Of a DNA stretch of 24,588 nucleotides, positions 7,157 to 16,848 are shown piece by piece. Numbering within the stretch: the first letter of the stretch is position 1; each line of letters opens with the position of its first letter. A program made the translations under genes and the position numbers. The notes below the pieces were generated by a model. That model saw only the letters and a program-made list of their open reading frames with translations, had not been told where the DNA came from and made no database searches. The DNA lies in the NCBI GenBank assembly GCA_048884785.1, contig JBHLQM010000026.1, positions 15,169-39,756 on the forward strand, given 5' to 3'. The DNA is from Candidatus Thorarchaeota archaeon. GTDB lineage: Archaea > Asgardarchaeota > Thorarchaeia > Thorarchaeales > Thorarchaeaceae.

Positions 7157-9283
7157 TTAGAATAGTGCAGTGAACCAACTATTCAGTTGTGCAATCACTG
7201 GCAAGAATAGTGTTGCAGTAAGTGAGATGACAACTAGCAGTGTGTTGATAGATGGTCCCGCTGTGTCCTTAAATGGGTCACCCACCATATCACCAAGTAC
7301 TGCATTACCATGTATCTCACTATAACGCTCGTGTTCGTGATCGTATTCAGGGGACTCAATCACCTTCTTTGTATTGTCCCACGCACCACCTGCATTGCTC
7401 ATCAAAAGAGCTCTAATGAACCCGACAATTACTGCACCGCCTAGATACCCTCCCAATGCCTCCAGCCCAAGAACCGCACCTGTCAGAATAGTAATGCCAA
7501 TGGCCATTATTGTGGAAGGCATGAGTTCTCGAATGGCCCCAGATGTTGCAATTCCTATACACTTGTTATAATCTGGTTCCGAAGTGCCTTGAAGAATTCC
7601 TGGGTCGGCATCAAACTGCCTGCGTATCTCTTCAATCATTCGACCTGAATTACGGTCCACACCTAGAATCAACATTGCACTGAATGTTATTGGCACTAAT
7701 GCACCAATGAATGCACCAGCAAGAATGAAGGGATTTGCTAAGTTTACAATCACCTCGGTTCCCAGAAGCAATTCTGCAGCTTCTACAAAGGCGGCAAATA
7801 ACGCCAAGACAGAAATGGCTGCAGATCCAATTGCGAATCCCTTTGTGATAGCTTTTGCAGTATTGCCAGCAGCATCAAGTTTGTCACAGGCCACAACTGC
7901 CTCGTGGGGAGCATTTGCCTGTTCGATAATCCCTCGAGCGTTGTCAACAATTGGACCATATGAATCACTTGACATTGTTAGACCATTGGTTGCAAGAAGT
8001 CCTACTGCAGAGATAGCAACCGCATATATTCCTCCTTCCCATCCTCCTAAGCCAGCAGCTGTGGAACTAGAGCCAAGAATGAAGGATGCTACCAGTGCAA
8101 ATACAACACCGAGAACTGATGGAACTGCGCTCAGAAGTCCATATGAATAGCCTGAGAGAATCAGATTTGCAGCACTCTTCTCAGCATTGTCAACCATGTT
8201 CATCACAGGTTGAAACCTTGAGATGCCCTTATCATTGGTGAATACATCCGAAGTGAATCCGATGAACACTCCTGCAAGCAGTCCAAAGATTGCGGACCAT
8301 GCGATGACGAGATCAATACTAAGCACAAACATTGCAATAAGGACGAAAACACCGAACAGTATCGTTGTAATGTAAGTACCTCTATTCAACGCAGGGCCAG
8401 GGTCGTCATCTCTGTTAGGACGAACTAGATACACGCCAAGCACTGAGGCAATGGTGCCCAATCCTGCAATGAGTAATGGTAGAAGACCATAAACAATTGG
8501 TGGTGAGAAAAGCGCGTCAATTCCTGCGCCAAGAAGTGCTGCTGCCAGAATTGCAGCAACATTACTGTCAAATATGTCAGCCCCCGTGCCAGCAACATCC
8601 CCTACATTATCTCCCACCGCATCAGCAACGGCAGCAGGGTTTCGCGGGTCATCCTCGGGGATGTGTTGTTCTATCTTTCCAACAATGTCAGCAGACATGT
8701 CGGCAGTTTTGGTAAAGATACCTCCGCCAGCCTTAGCAAAAAGCGCTACTGTACTGGCTCCGAATGAGAAGCCTGTAATTATCTCCCACAGTAGCGGGGT
8801 TTCTAATGTCGGAAATATGAGGTCCCAGAGTCCATATAGGGCAGTAATGCCAACCAGTGCGATTCCCGCTATCATGAGCCCCATCACCGATCCTGCCCTG
8901 AAAGCAACCATGAATGCAGGACCAAGACCACCTTCGGCAGCGGCCGCAGCAGTCCGTCGATTTGCTCTTGTGGCCACAGACAGTCCGATGTAACCAGCTG
9001 ACATACTTGCCATTGAACCTAGAACGTATGAGATTGCGATAGGAAGTCCCAAGGAACCAAAGACTATGGCAATTATCACGGCCAAAACGAGAGTAAAAGA
9101 CATGAGAATTCGATACTGTATCTTGATGAAAGAGGCTGCACCGTCTTGAATGAGCTTGCTGACCTCCTGCATGCGATCATTCCCCTCATTTGCTTGGAGA
9201 ACTGTCCGATACGTATACAATGCAACAAATACTGCTAGAAGGCCCGAGAGAAGGCCTACTGACAGAAATAGAATATCTGACAT
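7157..9283 (-). CDS. hppA: Membrane-bound pyrophosphatase, K+-independent H+-translocating type
   Basis: Motifs GGGIFTKTAD..AD.VGK.E..IPEDDPRNPA, GDNVGD, DSYGPIVDNA, LDAAGNTAKA (Lys at the K+-dependence position), NAGGAWDN, GDPFKDTAGP. Likely start is ATG 9283 (MSDILF); the ORF-track extension to 9433 overlaps the upstream gene. Confidence 0.95.
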   Translation of the reverse strand: MSDILFLSVGLLSGLLAVFVALYTYRTVLQANEGNDRMQEVSKLIQDGAASFIKIQYRILMSFTLVLAVIIAIVFGSLGLPIAISYVLGSMASMSAGYIGLSVATRANRRTAAAAAEGGLGPAFMVAFRAGSVMGLMIAGIALVGITALYGLWDLIFPTLETPLLWEIITGFSFGASTVALFAKAGGGIFTKTADMSADIVGKIEQHIPEDDPRNPAAVADAVGDNVGDVAGTGADIFDSNVAAILAAALLGAGIDALFSPPIVYGLLPLLIAGLGTIASVLGVYLVRPNRDDDPGPALNRGTYITTILFGVFVLIAMFVLSIDLVIAWSAIFGLLAGVFIGFTSDVFTNDKGISRFQPVMNMVDNAEKSAANLILSGYSYGLLSAVPSVLGVVFALVASFILGSSSTAAGLGGWEGGIYAVAISAVGLLATNGLTMSSDSYGPIVDNARGIIEQANAPHEAVVACDKLDAAGNTAKAITKGFAIGSAAISVLALFAAFVEAAELLLGTEVIVNLANPFILAGAFIGALVPITFSAMLILGVDRNSGRMIEEIRRQFDADPGILQGTSEPDYNKCIGIATSGAIRELMPSTIMAIGITILTGAVLGLEALGGYLGGAVIVGFIRALLMSNAGGAWDNTKKVIESPEYDHEHERYSEIHGNAVLGDMVGDPFKDTAGPSINTLLVVISLTATLFLPVIAQLNSWFTALF

Positions 9284-9401
9284 AGTTGTCTCATATTCGC
9301 GAGATAGAAGGGTATTATAGAGCTTACTGTTTGGTGAAGTTCCAAAAGCCACAATTGTGTATGCACTCAGATGTATTGTAGTTGCGATTATGCTCAATAT
9401 G

Positions 9402-10298
9402 CTATGAACGACTCTTGAGGTATCTCCACGCAACCAGAATAACTGCGATTACCATACTGACTGCAGCCAAGGCAATAGGTGCCCACCCTACTGGGGTTTC
9501 GAAAGAAAAGACTCCAGCAGTAATCCCATTTGTAGCCTGAAAAACCAGTAGATAGAGATACGGTATAACAACAAGTCCATTCCTGGGCTCTGCAACTACA
9601 TCAACTGTCAATCGGATGGAGCCCTGATTCCTATATCTATAAAGATCAAAGAGAAACACTGTCAATGCACTTGTCAAGACCCAACCCAGAAAGTTGGACA
9701 GAGGAATCCCGGCAAAGGCAAGTCCAAAGAACTCCATTGGCTCTGTCCACACCCAATTCCCCATGCCTACCATGTATGGGTCATTGATGCTGTCCCATAA
9801 TGTCATGAATAATCCAGCAACAATGGACGTTGCAAAAATTCGTGAGATCTTCCCTGAGAATTTCGAGTCTTCAGATGCGCCAGAATCTTGCCCTCCCTCT
9901 ACAATATCCCTTTTTCCAAGAATGATATACGCCATGATATAGCACACATAGAGTGTGTTAAACCACTGAAAGGGTATCACAATGGGGACATCCATAATGA
10001 GAGGGCCGAGCTGGTTGGTGTAGTAGTAGTGCCCAAAGGGAACACCAAAATGAGTGCCAAGCCACTCCATGGCGTAGGTGACCAGAGCAGTGATCCCAAA
10101 GAAGACTGAAATCCCTCCTAGCCCGAGTACCTGTTTTCCATGAGTTATAACAAAGCCAAAGAACATCACAACATAGAGTATGAGCATAATGATCATGAGA
10201 TATAATGGCGGGTTCAGAAAAACAGGCAGAGAAACCGCCATCATGAGAATGAGGAATAAAATGGGAATCACGTCACTTCTATTCATCTCGATTATCAC
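9402..10298 (-). CDS. Carotenoid biosynthesis/CruF-like (DUF422) membrane protein
   Basis: 'EWLGTHFGVPFGHYYY...LGP....VPIVIPFQW', 'WD...DP......W.W', 'GIPLSNFLGW'. Start is GTG 10298 or ATG 10286. Confidence 0.85.
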   Translation of the reverse strand: MIIEMNRSDVIPILFLILMMAVSLPVFLNPPLYLMIIMLILYVVMFFGFVITHGKQVLGLGGISVFFGITALVTYAMEWLGTHFGVPFGHYYYTNQLGPLIMDVPIVIPFQWFNTLYVCYIMAYIILGKRDIVEGGQDSGASEDSKFSGKISRIFATSIVAGLFMTLWDSINDPYMVGMGNWVWTEPMEFFGLAFAGIPLSNFLGWVLTSALTVFLFDLYRYRNQGSIRLTVDVVAEPRNGLVVIPYLYLLVFQATNGITAGVFSFETPVGWAPIALAAVSMVIAVILVAWRYLKSRS

Positions 10299-10540
10299 CC
10301 GACTCTCTATACTGCCATTTGGAAAGTTTTCGTACTCATCAATTACATCACGCGTTATGTCGAATGGAAATTAAATGTTCTCAACCGCTATTTTTGCTGG
10401 GTCATTCTCTGTCTGACTAAGGATTTCCTCAATGCTGGTAGCAGAAAATCCAGCTAGGAATCAATGCAATTTTGAGATAGGTCGAAAGAAAGAATAGCAA
10501 GTGGAACGCACTTCTAAGGCAAAACGGAGGAGAACAAAGA

Positions 10541-11614
10541 TTGGAGATTCCTAGTTTTATCAAGAGAATTGTGAAAGAATCACTTGGTATCAAAGAAAAA
10601 GAAAATGTCATCATTCAAACATACAAGCATACCTTAGATATGGCAGAACAGTTTGCATTAGCGTGTAGGTCATCCAAAGCGCGTACGCATATCCTTGTGG
10701 ATACAGATGACCTATTGTATAATCTAACCATTGATACTCCTATTGAATACTTGAAAAAGCCTGATCCCCTTGAATCGCACCTCTATGATATACCTATTAC
10801 ATCAATCAATTTAGGAGGGCCAGAAGATCCTACTAGACTTGCAAAGATATCTCCCGAGAGGATGGAAGCTTGGTCTAGGGGAAGTGAAGCGGTCTACCAG
10901 AAGATGCTTGAGAAAAAGCCAAAGGCAGTGTACCTTAGCCTAGGACAGATAACTCCACAAAGAGCTAAATCCTATGGATTTGATTATGATTCCTGGATGA
11001 AGAATTCAATGGATGCCCTAGATGTTGATTACAAAACATTGTCAGATTCAGGAAACAGACTCATAGATGTCATCAAGAGTGGAGTTGAGATGGTGATTTC
11101 AAGCGGAAATGATACTCACATGACTGTTTCAATCAAAGATAGTACAACAGCTAACTATGATGGAGTATATGGAGATGAAAGCAGAGGAACGGCATTTATT
11201 CTTCCTGCAGGATACGTGACAATTGTTCCACAAGGCGGATCTGGGAAGTTCGTATCTGATGTACCTTGGGGTCAAATGAGTGTCCTAATTCATGAAATTT
11301 CCTTCTCATTCGAAGATGGGACCTTGAAATCTTTCGATGGTGGTAAGAATATCAATGTGATAAAGGACATCTGGGACAAGGCATCCGGTAGGAAGGATAG
11401 ACTTGGCTACATCATCATAGGAACAAATCCCGCTGCAAAGCCAGGATATCTCAACAATGAGCTAGTTGCAGGATGTGTCACAGTAGGTGTTGGTGACAAT
11501 CGTTGGATTGGAGGAGATATTGAAGCTTCAGGCAATTGGCAAGGATCACTTACCAAAGCTAAAGTAGAGATAGATGGGAGAGTCATCATAGAAGATGGAA
11601 AAATGAAGCTGTGA
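10541..11614 (+). CDS. Peptidase M29 (aminopeptidase T/II)-like protein, probably catalytically inactive
   Basis: Fold motifs present (LPAG.V, 'FEDG', 'IGTNP', 'G.V.VG.GDN...GG', 'IDGRVIIEDGK'), but most metal ligands are substituted. TTG start with GGAGG upstream. Confidence 0.8.
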   Translation: MEIPSFIKRIVKESLGIKEKENVIIQTYKHTLDMAEQFALACRSSKARTHILVDTDDLLYNLTIDTPIEYLKKPDPLESHLYDIPITSINLGGPEDPTRLAKISPERMEAWSRGSEAVYQKMLEKKPKAVYLSLGQITPQRAKSYGFDYDSWMKNSMDALDVDYKTLSDSGNRLIDVIKSGVEMVISSGNDTHMTVSIKDSTTANYDGVYGDESRGTAFILPAGYVTIVPQGGSGKFVSDVPWGQMSVLIHEISFSFEDGTLKSFDGGKNINVIKDIWDKASGRKDRLGYIIIGTNPAAKPGYLNNELVAGCVTVGVGDNRWIGGDIEASGNWQGSLTKAKVEIDGRVIIEDGKMKL

Positions 11615-11635
11615 TTCAAAAAGAATGAGATAACA

Positions 11636-11676
11636 CTGGAGCACAGGTCTTCGGACCTGTGACCAGAGTCTTTTTT
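11636..11676 (+). terminator. C(UUCG)G tetraloop hairpin plus U-tract between convergent genes
   Basis: CACAGGTC-TTCG-GACCTGTG (11642-11661), extended by CTGG/CCAG, then TTTTTT at 11671-11676. Confidence 0.65.
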
Positions 11677-11684
11677 GGAGATAA

Positions 11685-12179
11685 CTATCTCCATGATTTC
11701 AAGGTCTGGAGTTCGTGTGTGTCAATGTTGGGATCAACTTCCAACACCTCGACCTTCAGCATCTTGTCGCCGCCTTTTATGGTTGGAAGTATGTCGAGTC
11801 CCTCGGTAACCTGCCCAAACACTGTATGCTTTCCATCGAGATGCTTGGTCTTTTCCCGCGTGAGGACTAAGAAGAATTGCGAACCGCCGGTATCTCTTCC
11901 AGCGTGTGCCATTGATAATACACCAGGGACATGCTTCTGTCTGTGTCCGCGTGTTTCACAAGGAATTGCGTATCCGGGTCCTCCGGACCCAGTACCAGTT
12001 GGGTCGCCTCCCTGCACAACAAAATCCGGAATCACGCGATGAAACTTCAGTCCGTCATAGTATCCTTTCTGGGCAAGCGTAATGAAATTCTTGACTGTGT
12101 TTATAGCGTCATCGCTGAATAGCTCAATGTGAAGTGTTCCTTTACTTGTTTCCATCTTGACTCTAGTGGTCATGGTCAT
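11685..12179 (-). CDS. Cyclophilin-type peptidyl-prolyl cis-trans isomerase
   Basis: FHRVIPDFVVQGGDPTGTGSGG, LSMAHAGRDTGGSQFF, HLDGKHTVFGQV. Start uncertain (12191 GTG, or ATG 12179, 12173). Confidence 0.96.
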   Translation of the reverse strand: MTMTTRVKMETSKGTLHIELFSDDAINTVKNFITLAQKGYYDGLKFHRVIPDFVVQGGDPTGTGSGGPGYAIPCETRGHRQKHVPGVLSMAHAGRDTGGSQFFLVLTREKTKHLDGKHTVFGQVTEGLDILPTIKGGDKMLKVEVLEVDPNIDTHELQTLKSWR

Positions 12180-12285
12180 CACCGATGCCACTGGGAAACA
12201 TTCAGCACACTTAGAACTTCCGGATAGATGGAATACTGTCTGGCCTATTGGCTTATTAGCAGACCGTCTTGGTGATTAATTGTGC

Positions 12286-13485
12286 ATGACATCACTTAAA
12301 GAATATACTGAAGGCAGGACAACTTTCCTGACAGCAGATGTGGAGCAATATACTGAGAAGAAGGGACAACCATCAACTGATATGCCAGTATTCTATAATC
12401 CACGAATGAGAGTGAATAGAGACCTCTCAGTGATATTTCTAGCGGCATATATGGAGCAAAACAGAGTTGAGAGCATCTGCGAACCCTTGGCTGGCTCGGG
12501 AGTCAGAACACTCCGCTATCTCAATGAGATACCAGGCGATTTCACTGCAGTACTGTTTGATGTAAATCCCCTTGCCATAGAAACGGCACGTAAGAACATA
12601 GATCGCTATAACTTCTCAAATCGTGCCCGCGTAATTCGTGGGGATGCAAAGATACTGATTCTGACCGAATCACGAGAGAAACGGTTTGATTTTGTTGATG
12701 TCGATCCCTTTGGGACTCCTGTGCCCTATCTCAATGCGGCTGTCCAGTCACTAAATCCCCGTGGGGGACTCCTAGGTCTGACAGCGACAGACATGCCAGC
12801 TCTGTGCGGCGTTTATCCTCAAGTTGCTCTTAGAAAATATGGTGGTATTTCAACACGGGCTCACTTCTCACATGAGCTAGCAGTGCGATTACTGCTTGGA
12901 AGGGCCTATTCCATTGCTGCAATGAATGACTGCTCCATTAGACCACTAGCTGTTCTAAGTACGGACCATTATATTCGAGCGTGGATTCATGTAGAATCTA
13001 ATAGAACAGAGGCAAATGAGCAGGTTGACCTCATGGGAACCATGAGGCTCTGTAGGAGCTGCCTTCAGACTGAGGTACATAGTCTGCGGAACCTTGACAA
13101 TACGTTCTCTCACCAAAGAGATGAATGTCCTGCAAATATGTCTGTAGCTGGACCTCTATGGATTGGAGAGCTGTTTAGTAGTGGCTTGTTGGATTCTGCA
13201 AAGAGCTTCTATCAGAAAGATTATGATTCCTATCACAAACGGACAGGGGAACTATTCAATTTCATGATAGAAGAGCAGGACATGACTGGCTATCCATATC
13301 TGGATATCCATGAGGTCTGTGATATCTATAACATGACTCCACCCAAGAGAAGCATCATCATTGAGAGCCTCATTGCCAAAGGATATCAGGTCAGAAGAAC
13401 GCATTTTCAATTAACGGCGATTAGAACAGATGCTCCAGTACGAGAGGTTGTATCAGTTATTAGAGAGTTGACAGGAGACTCATAG
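12286..13485 (+). CDS. trm1: tRNA (guanine26-N2)-dimethyltransferase Trm1
   Basis: VFYNP.M..NRDLS, LAGSGVR.LRY, DVDPFGTP, TATD...LCG, GPLWIG.L, C-terminal RTHF...IRTDAP. Confidence 0.95.
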   Translation: MTSLKEYTEGRTTFLTADVEQYTEKKGQPSTDMPVFYNPRMRVNRDLSVIFLAAYMEQNRVESICEPLAGSGVRTLRYLNEIPGDFTAVLFDVNPLAIETARKNIDRYNFSNRARVIRGDAKILILTESREKRFDFVDVDPFGTPVPYLNAAVQSLNPRGGLLGLTATDMPALCGVYPQVALRKYGGISTRAHFSHELAVRLLLGRAYSIAAMNDCSIRPLAVLSTDHYIRAWIHVESNRTEANEQVDLMGTMRLCRSCLQTEVHSLRNLDNTFSHQRDECPANMSVAGPLWIGELFSSGLLDSAKSFYQKDYDSYHKRTGELFNFMIEEQDMTGYPYLDIHEVCDIYNMTPPKRSIIIESLIAKGYQVRRTHFQLTAIRTDAPVREVVSVIRELTGDS

Positions 13486-13486
13486 A

Positions 13487-14095
13487 ATGGGAAGACCTAG
13501 AGGAGATCCGAGGAAAGAACACTACTATAAGGCTGCAAAGAAGCATGGATACCGGGCTAGGTCAGCCTACAAACTTCGCCAGATAGCAAAGGAATACAAG
13601 CTTCTTAAGAATGTCCGAATTGTTGTAGAATTGTGCAGTAGTCCCGGAGGATGGACTCAGGTTCTCAAAGAAATCGAACGAAGTATTGAGATAATTGCAA
13701 TTGACCTGGAGCCAATGCAACCTATTGAGGGAGTGAAATTCATTCAGGGGGACATCACCAATGAGGATATCATCAATGAGATTGAACGCCTTAGTAGAGG
13801 AGCCGCGGACCTTGTGATATCAGACTGTTCTCCAAAAGTTACGGGAACATGGGACTTGGATGTTGCAAGACAACTGGGTCTCGCTGAAGCAACTTTGAAT
13901 CTGGGACACAGGCTGCTCGGGCCCAATGGAAGAGTCCTAACCAAGGTGTTTCAAGGCCCAGGATTTCAGGAGTTTATGGAACACACTAAATCAAGATTTG
14001 CCAATGTGAAGCTCATCAAACCTGAAGCTTCACGAAGAACGAGTGCTGAGATTTATCTTCTGGCAACAGGCCCTCATAAAAAGGGGCCAGACTAG
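13487..14095 (+). CDS. rlmE: 23S rRNA 2'-O-methyltransferase RlmE/FtsJ
   Basis: YRARSAYKL, ELCSSPGGWTQV, IDL.PM.PI.GV.FIQGD, SD.SP, KVFQG, KPEASR..S.EIY. Confidence 0.95.
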   Translation: MGRPRGDPRKEHYYKAAKKHGYRARSAYKLRQIAKEYKLLKNVRIVVELCSSPGGWTQVLKEIERSIEIIAIDLEPMQPIEGVKFIQGDITNEDIINEIERLSRGAADLVISDCSPKVTGTWDLDVARQLGLAEATLNLGHRLLGPNGRVLTKVFQGPGFQEFMEHTKSRFANVKLIKPEASRRTSAEIYLLATGPHKKGPD

Positions 14096-14478
14096 TTTGG
14101 TATTGCTTTCTCTGTAATCATCCAGCTCTCAAGATTTCTGCATGCTACAGGAGAGTCCGGTTGTCGAACTCCACATCTGCTGATCTTTAGGCAGTGGAAA
14201 CAGGGGCATCCGTTTAGGTCGCTTAGTCTACTTTGCTCTACCTCATCACTCATTTCATCCTGCAAGAAATATCGAGCCTCGTTTGCATCTGATTTTTCCA
14301 TAACTCGGTTCTCCATTATCATCTGATTGACTATTTCAATTATTGTGTCTGAATCAATGTCAAGGCTTTTCGCGAGTTCGTCAACGACTAATCCTTTCCC
14401 ACCTGCAGCGCGCAAGGCGCTGATGATCTGGTTGACCGAATTATTCATTGACATGACCTTCGAGCTAGAGCTAGACAC
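14092..14478 (-). CDS. TFEbeta / RPC34(C39)-like protein: winged HTH plus C-terminal Fe-S cluster domain
   Basis: N-terminal wHTH and C-terminal 'CPCFHC...RC......SPVAC..L..W'. Lies next to trm1, gar1 and srp19, the known neighbourhood of archaeal RPC34 homologs. Confidence 0.8.
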   Translation of the reverse strand: MSSSSSKVMSMNNSVNQIISALRAAGGKGLVVDELAKSLDIDSDTIIEIVNQMIMENRVMEKSDANEARYFLQDEMSDEVEQSRLSDLNGCPCFHCLKISRCGVRQPDSPVACRNLESWMITEKAIPN

Positions 14479-14599
14479 ATGACAACAGCGAAACGATTCA
14501 CGCGGTCGTAGATAAACTCAACGATAACGGTCATTCGAATTCGCTGATTACCGGAGCAAATTGTACACCAATGTATATAATTGTACGCTCATAGGCTAA

Positions 14600-14839
14600 T
14601 TATTTTTGATACAAATAGACAGGTTGCCCAACCAGCTTTTGTGCATTTTCTCGATCTTTTGCGCGAATTGATACATACGGTTTATTCGTGGGACCAAATA
14701 CGTCGTGAATCTGTCCAATTATCTGAGCTTTCTTGTCTGCAACTTTGGCTCCCAAGGGCGGACTCTTGTCTGTTTGTACGATGATTGCACCGCGATTTGT
14801 GATATGTAACACAGTCCCGAGTCTTCTCAAGTACCACAT
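14600..14839 (-). CDS. gar1: H/ACA RNP component Gar1/Naf1
   Basis: 'LRRLGTVLH', 'P.LGAKV.D', 'IGQIHDVFGPT.KPYVSIR'. Confidence 0.9.
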   Translation of the reverse strand: MWYLRRLGTVLHITNRGAIIVQTDKSPPLGAKVADKKAQIIGQIHDVFGPTNKPYVSIRAKDRENAQKLVGQPVYLYQK

Positions 14840-14854
14840 CTCCTGATTAACATG

Positions 14855-15223
14855 CTATTTCCTTCGTCCCTTTTTCGCCTTCTTTGCTTTGGTCTTCTTG
14901 GCTGCTTCCGCCTGTTGTTTTGCAAGACGGTCTGCAACAATACGACGCACTGCCTTGGCTAGCATCAAAAGGAGCCTCTTCTTCTTGTGGCCCTCTGGGT
15001 TTTCAACTATAAGATATCCACCACGATCAACGCCCTGACGGGGATATCGTTTTCCGTGCTCAACCTCCGATTCAAAACCTCGAATATCTGCGGCCTGTTT
15101 CAGGATGTCTACAGTGACATCAGGTGCAGCTAGGTTGACAGGAATCCTTCTCCCCTCTGAGCGAGTCAGTTTTGAATCGAGGTACGCAGGCCATATTATG
15201 AGGGATCCTTTCTTCTGTCGCAT
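14855..15223 (-). CDS. srp19: Signal recognition particle protein SRP19
   Basis: 'IIWPAYLDSKLTRSEGRRIP', 'KRYPR', 'KKRLL', Lys-rich tail. Confidence 0.95.
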   Translation of the reverse strand: MRQKKGSLIIWPAYLDSKLTRSEGRRIPVNLAAPDVTVDILKQAADIRGFESEVEHGKRYPRQGVDRGGYLIVENPEGHKKKRLLLMLAKAVRRIVADRLAKQQAEAAKKTKAKKAKKGRRK

Positions 15224-15372
15224 GGTAGAAGGCGCTCCAATTACCTATCTCTTCTGGATTGTATTTTTCCAGTTCTCTTTTTACCTTTCCCTTCGGGATG
15301 ACGACCAGAGGAGGAACTTCATAAGTGGAATCAAGTTTCCTCGTACTAAGCTAGTAATAGGATTGATGACGT

Positions 15373-15849
15373 ATGACTCGAAAAAGTAAGGATGTATACT
15401 TCTCCGAGATTGCAGACCTAGTGAGTACACGAAGCACATGTCTAAGAAACAATGTTGGAGCTGTCATCGTCAAGGATTCACAGATCCTATCGACTGGATA
15501 CAACGGTGCTCCCAAGGGTCTACCTCATTGTGATGAATTGGGAGGCTGTATGCGGGAGCGTATTGGTGTAAAGTCAGGTGAACGGCATGAACTCTGTAGA
15601 GGTCTTCATGCTGAACAGAACGCAATTATTCAGGCGGCATTTCACGGGGTCAGCGTTAATGGTGCAAAGATGTATTGCACCACCCGGCCCTGCAGCATCT
15701 GCACCAAGATGATAATCAATGCAGGGATTACTGAGGTCATCTATATGGAGGACTATCAGGATGACTTGGCAAGGGAACTCACGAGTCAGTCAAATCTTGT
15801 TTTAAGACAAGTCAAGATAGAGCGAAAACACAGCATAAATGGCAAGTAG
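15373..15849 (+). CDS. dCMP deaminase / ComEB-family Zn-dependent deaminase
   Basis: [31 protein letters not shown]. Confidence 0.92.
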   Translation: MTRKSKDVYFSEIADLVSTRSTCLRNNVGAVIVKDSQILSTGYNGAPKGLPHCDELGGCMRERIGVKSGERHELCRGLHAEQNAIIQAAFHGVSVNGAKMYCTTRPCSICTKMIINAGITEVIYMEDYQDDLARELTSQSNLVLRQVKIERKHSINGK

Positions 15850-15861
15850 CACCCATTTAAC

Positions 15862-16848
15862 TTGCGTCAAGAAGACTTAAAGAGCAGTGATGAGGGTCAA
15901 TCATCCCAGACTGTTACGAGGCGATACGGTTTGGGATCCATCAAGAATCTAATTGGTATTCAGGACCTATCAAGAGAGGACATAGACCTCATTCTTGATA
16001 CGGCGTCAGATATGGAAAAGGTTGCTGTTAATAGAAGCGACACGCTCCGCGGTAAGATCATGGCGGTTCTCTTCTTTGAGGCTTCAACACGGACGAGACT
16101 GTCTTTTGAGAGTGCAATGCTCAGGCTCGGTGGTAGTGTCCTCGGCTTTTCGGATGTGACCTCTACCAGCGCAGGTATGAAAGGTGAAACTCTTGCTGAT
16201 ACAATTCGTACAGTAGAGAGATATGCTGACATCCTTGTCATAAGGCATCCACTTGATGGATCTGCCCGAGTTGCAGCGGAATTCTCCTCCATCCCTGTGA
16301 TAAATGCAGGAAGTGGAGCAGAGGAGCATCCGACTCAAGCATTACTGGATTTATACTCAATCAAGAAGATGAAGAATGCTCTTGATGGCTTAACAATAGC
16401 TCTTTGCGGTGATTTGAAGTACGGACGGACTGCGCATTCCCTTGGTATGGCGCTCTCACATTACAATGTAAAAGTCATCCTAGCAGCCCCACCTTCGTTG
16501 AGAATGAAACCCGCTATAGTTGATGAAATGAAAAGAAAAGGCATTTCAGTGACCCAAGTCGATAGTGTCGAAGAGGCAGTCACCGATTCTGTGGATGTGG
16601 TGTATCAGACACGCATTCAAAAAGAACGTTTCGTCTTAGAAGAAGAATACCAGAAAGTAGCAGGCCAATTCAAAATAACGAAAAAGGACGCAGAGCGACT
16701 GAGAGATGATGCGATAATTCTTCATCCTCTCCCACGTGTTGATGAGATCTCACCTGATGTTGACTTGATGCCACAGGCAAAATACTTCGACCAAGTCTAT
16801 AATGGTGTCATCACGCGAATGGCAATTCTGAAGCTTATATTTGGCTAG
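15862..16848 (+). CDS. pyrB: Aspartate carbamoyltransferase catalytic subunit
   Basis: FFEASTRTRLSFE, KGETLADT, NAG.G..EHPTQALLD, GDLKYGRT, TRIQKER, HPLPR. True start may be downstream (TTG near 15931). Confidence 0.96.
   Translation: MRQEDLKSSDEGQSSQTVTRRYGLGSIKNLIGIQDLSREDIDLILDTASDMEKVAVNRSDTLRGKIMAVLFFEASTRTRLSFESAMLRLGGSVLGFSDVTSTSAGMKGETLADTIRTVERYADILVIRHPLDGSARVAAEFSSIPVINAGSGAEEHPTQALLDLYSIKKMKNALDGLTIALCGDLKYGRTAHSLGMALSHYNVKVILAAPPSLRMKPAIVDEMKRKGISVTQVDSVEEAVTDSVDVVYQTRIQKERFVLEEEYQKVAGQFKITKKDAERLRDDAIILHPLPRVDEISPDVDLMPQAKYFDQVYNGVITRMAILKLIFG

Noticed and set aside
7374-8993. Several plus-strand ORFs rich in Ala/Pro/Ser/Thr
   Set aside because: They are antisense shadows of hppA. 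The same applies to the shadow ORFs over pyrB, cyclophilin, acr3 and the DGC genes.
9284-9433. N-terminal extension of hppA in the ORF track
   Set aside because: It overlaps the upstream gene end and a TATA-like region. ATG 9283 gives a normal family N-terminus.
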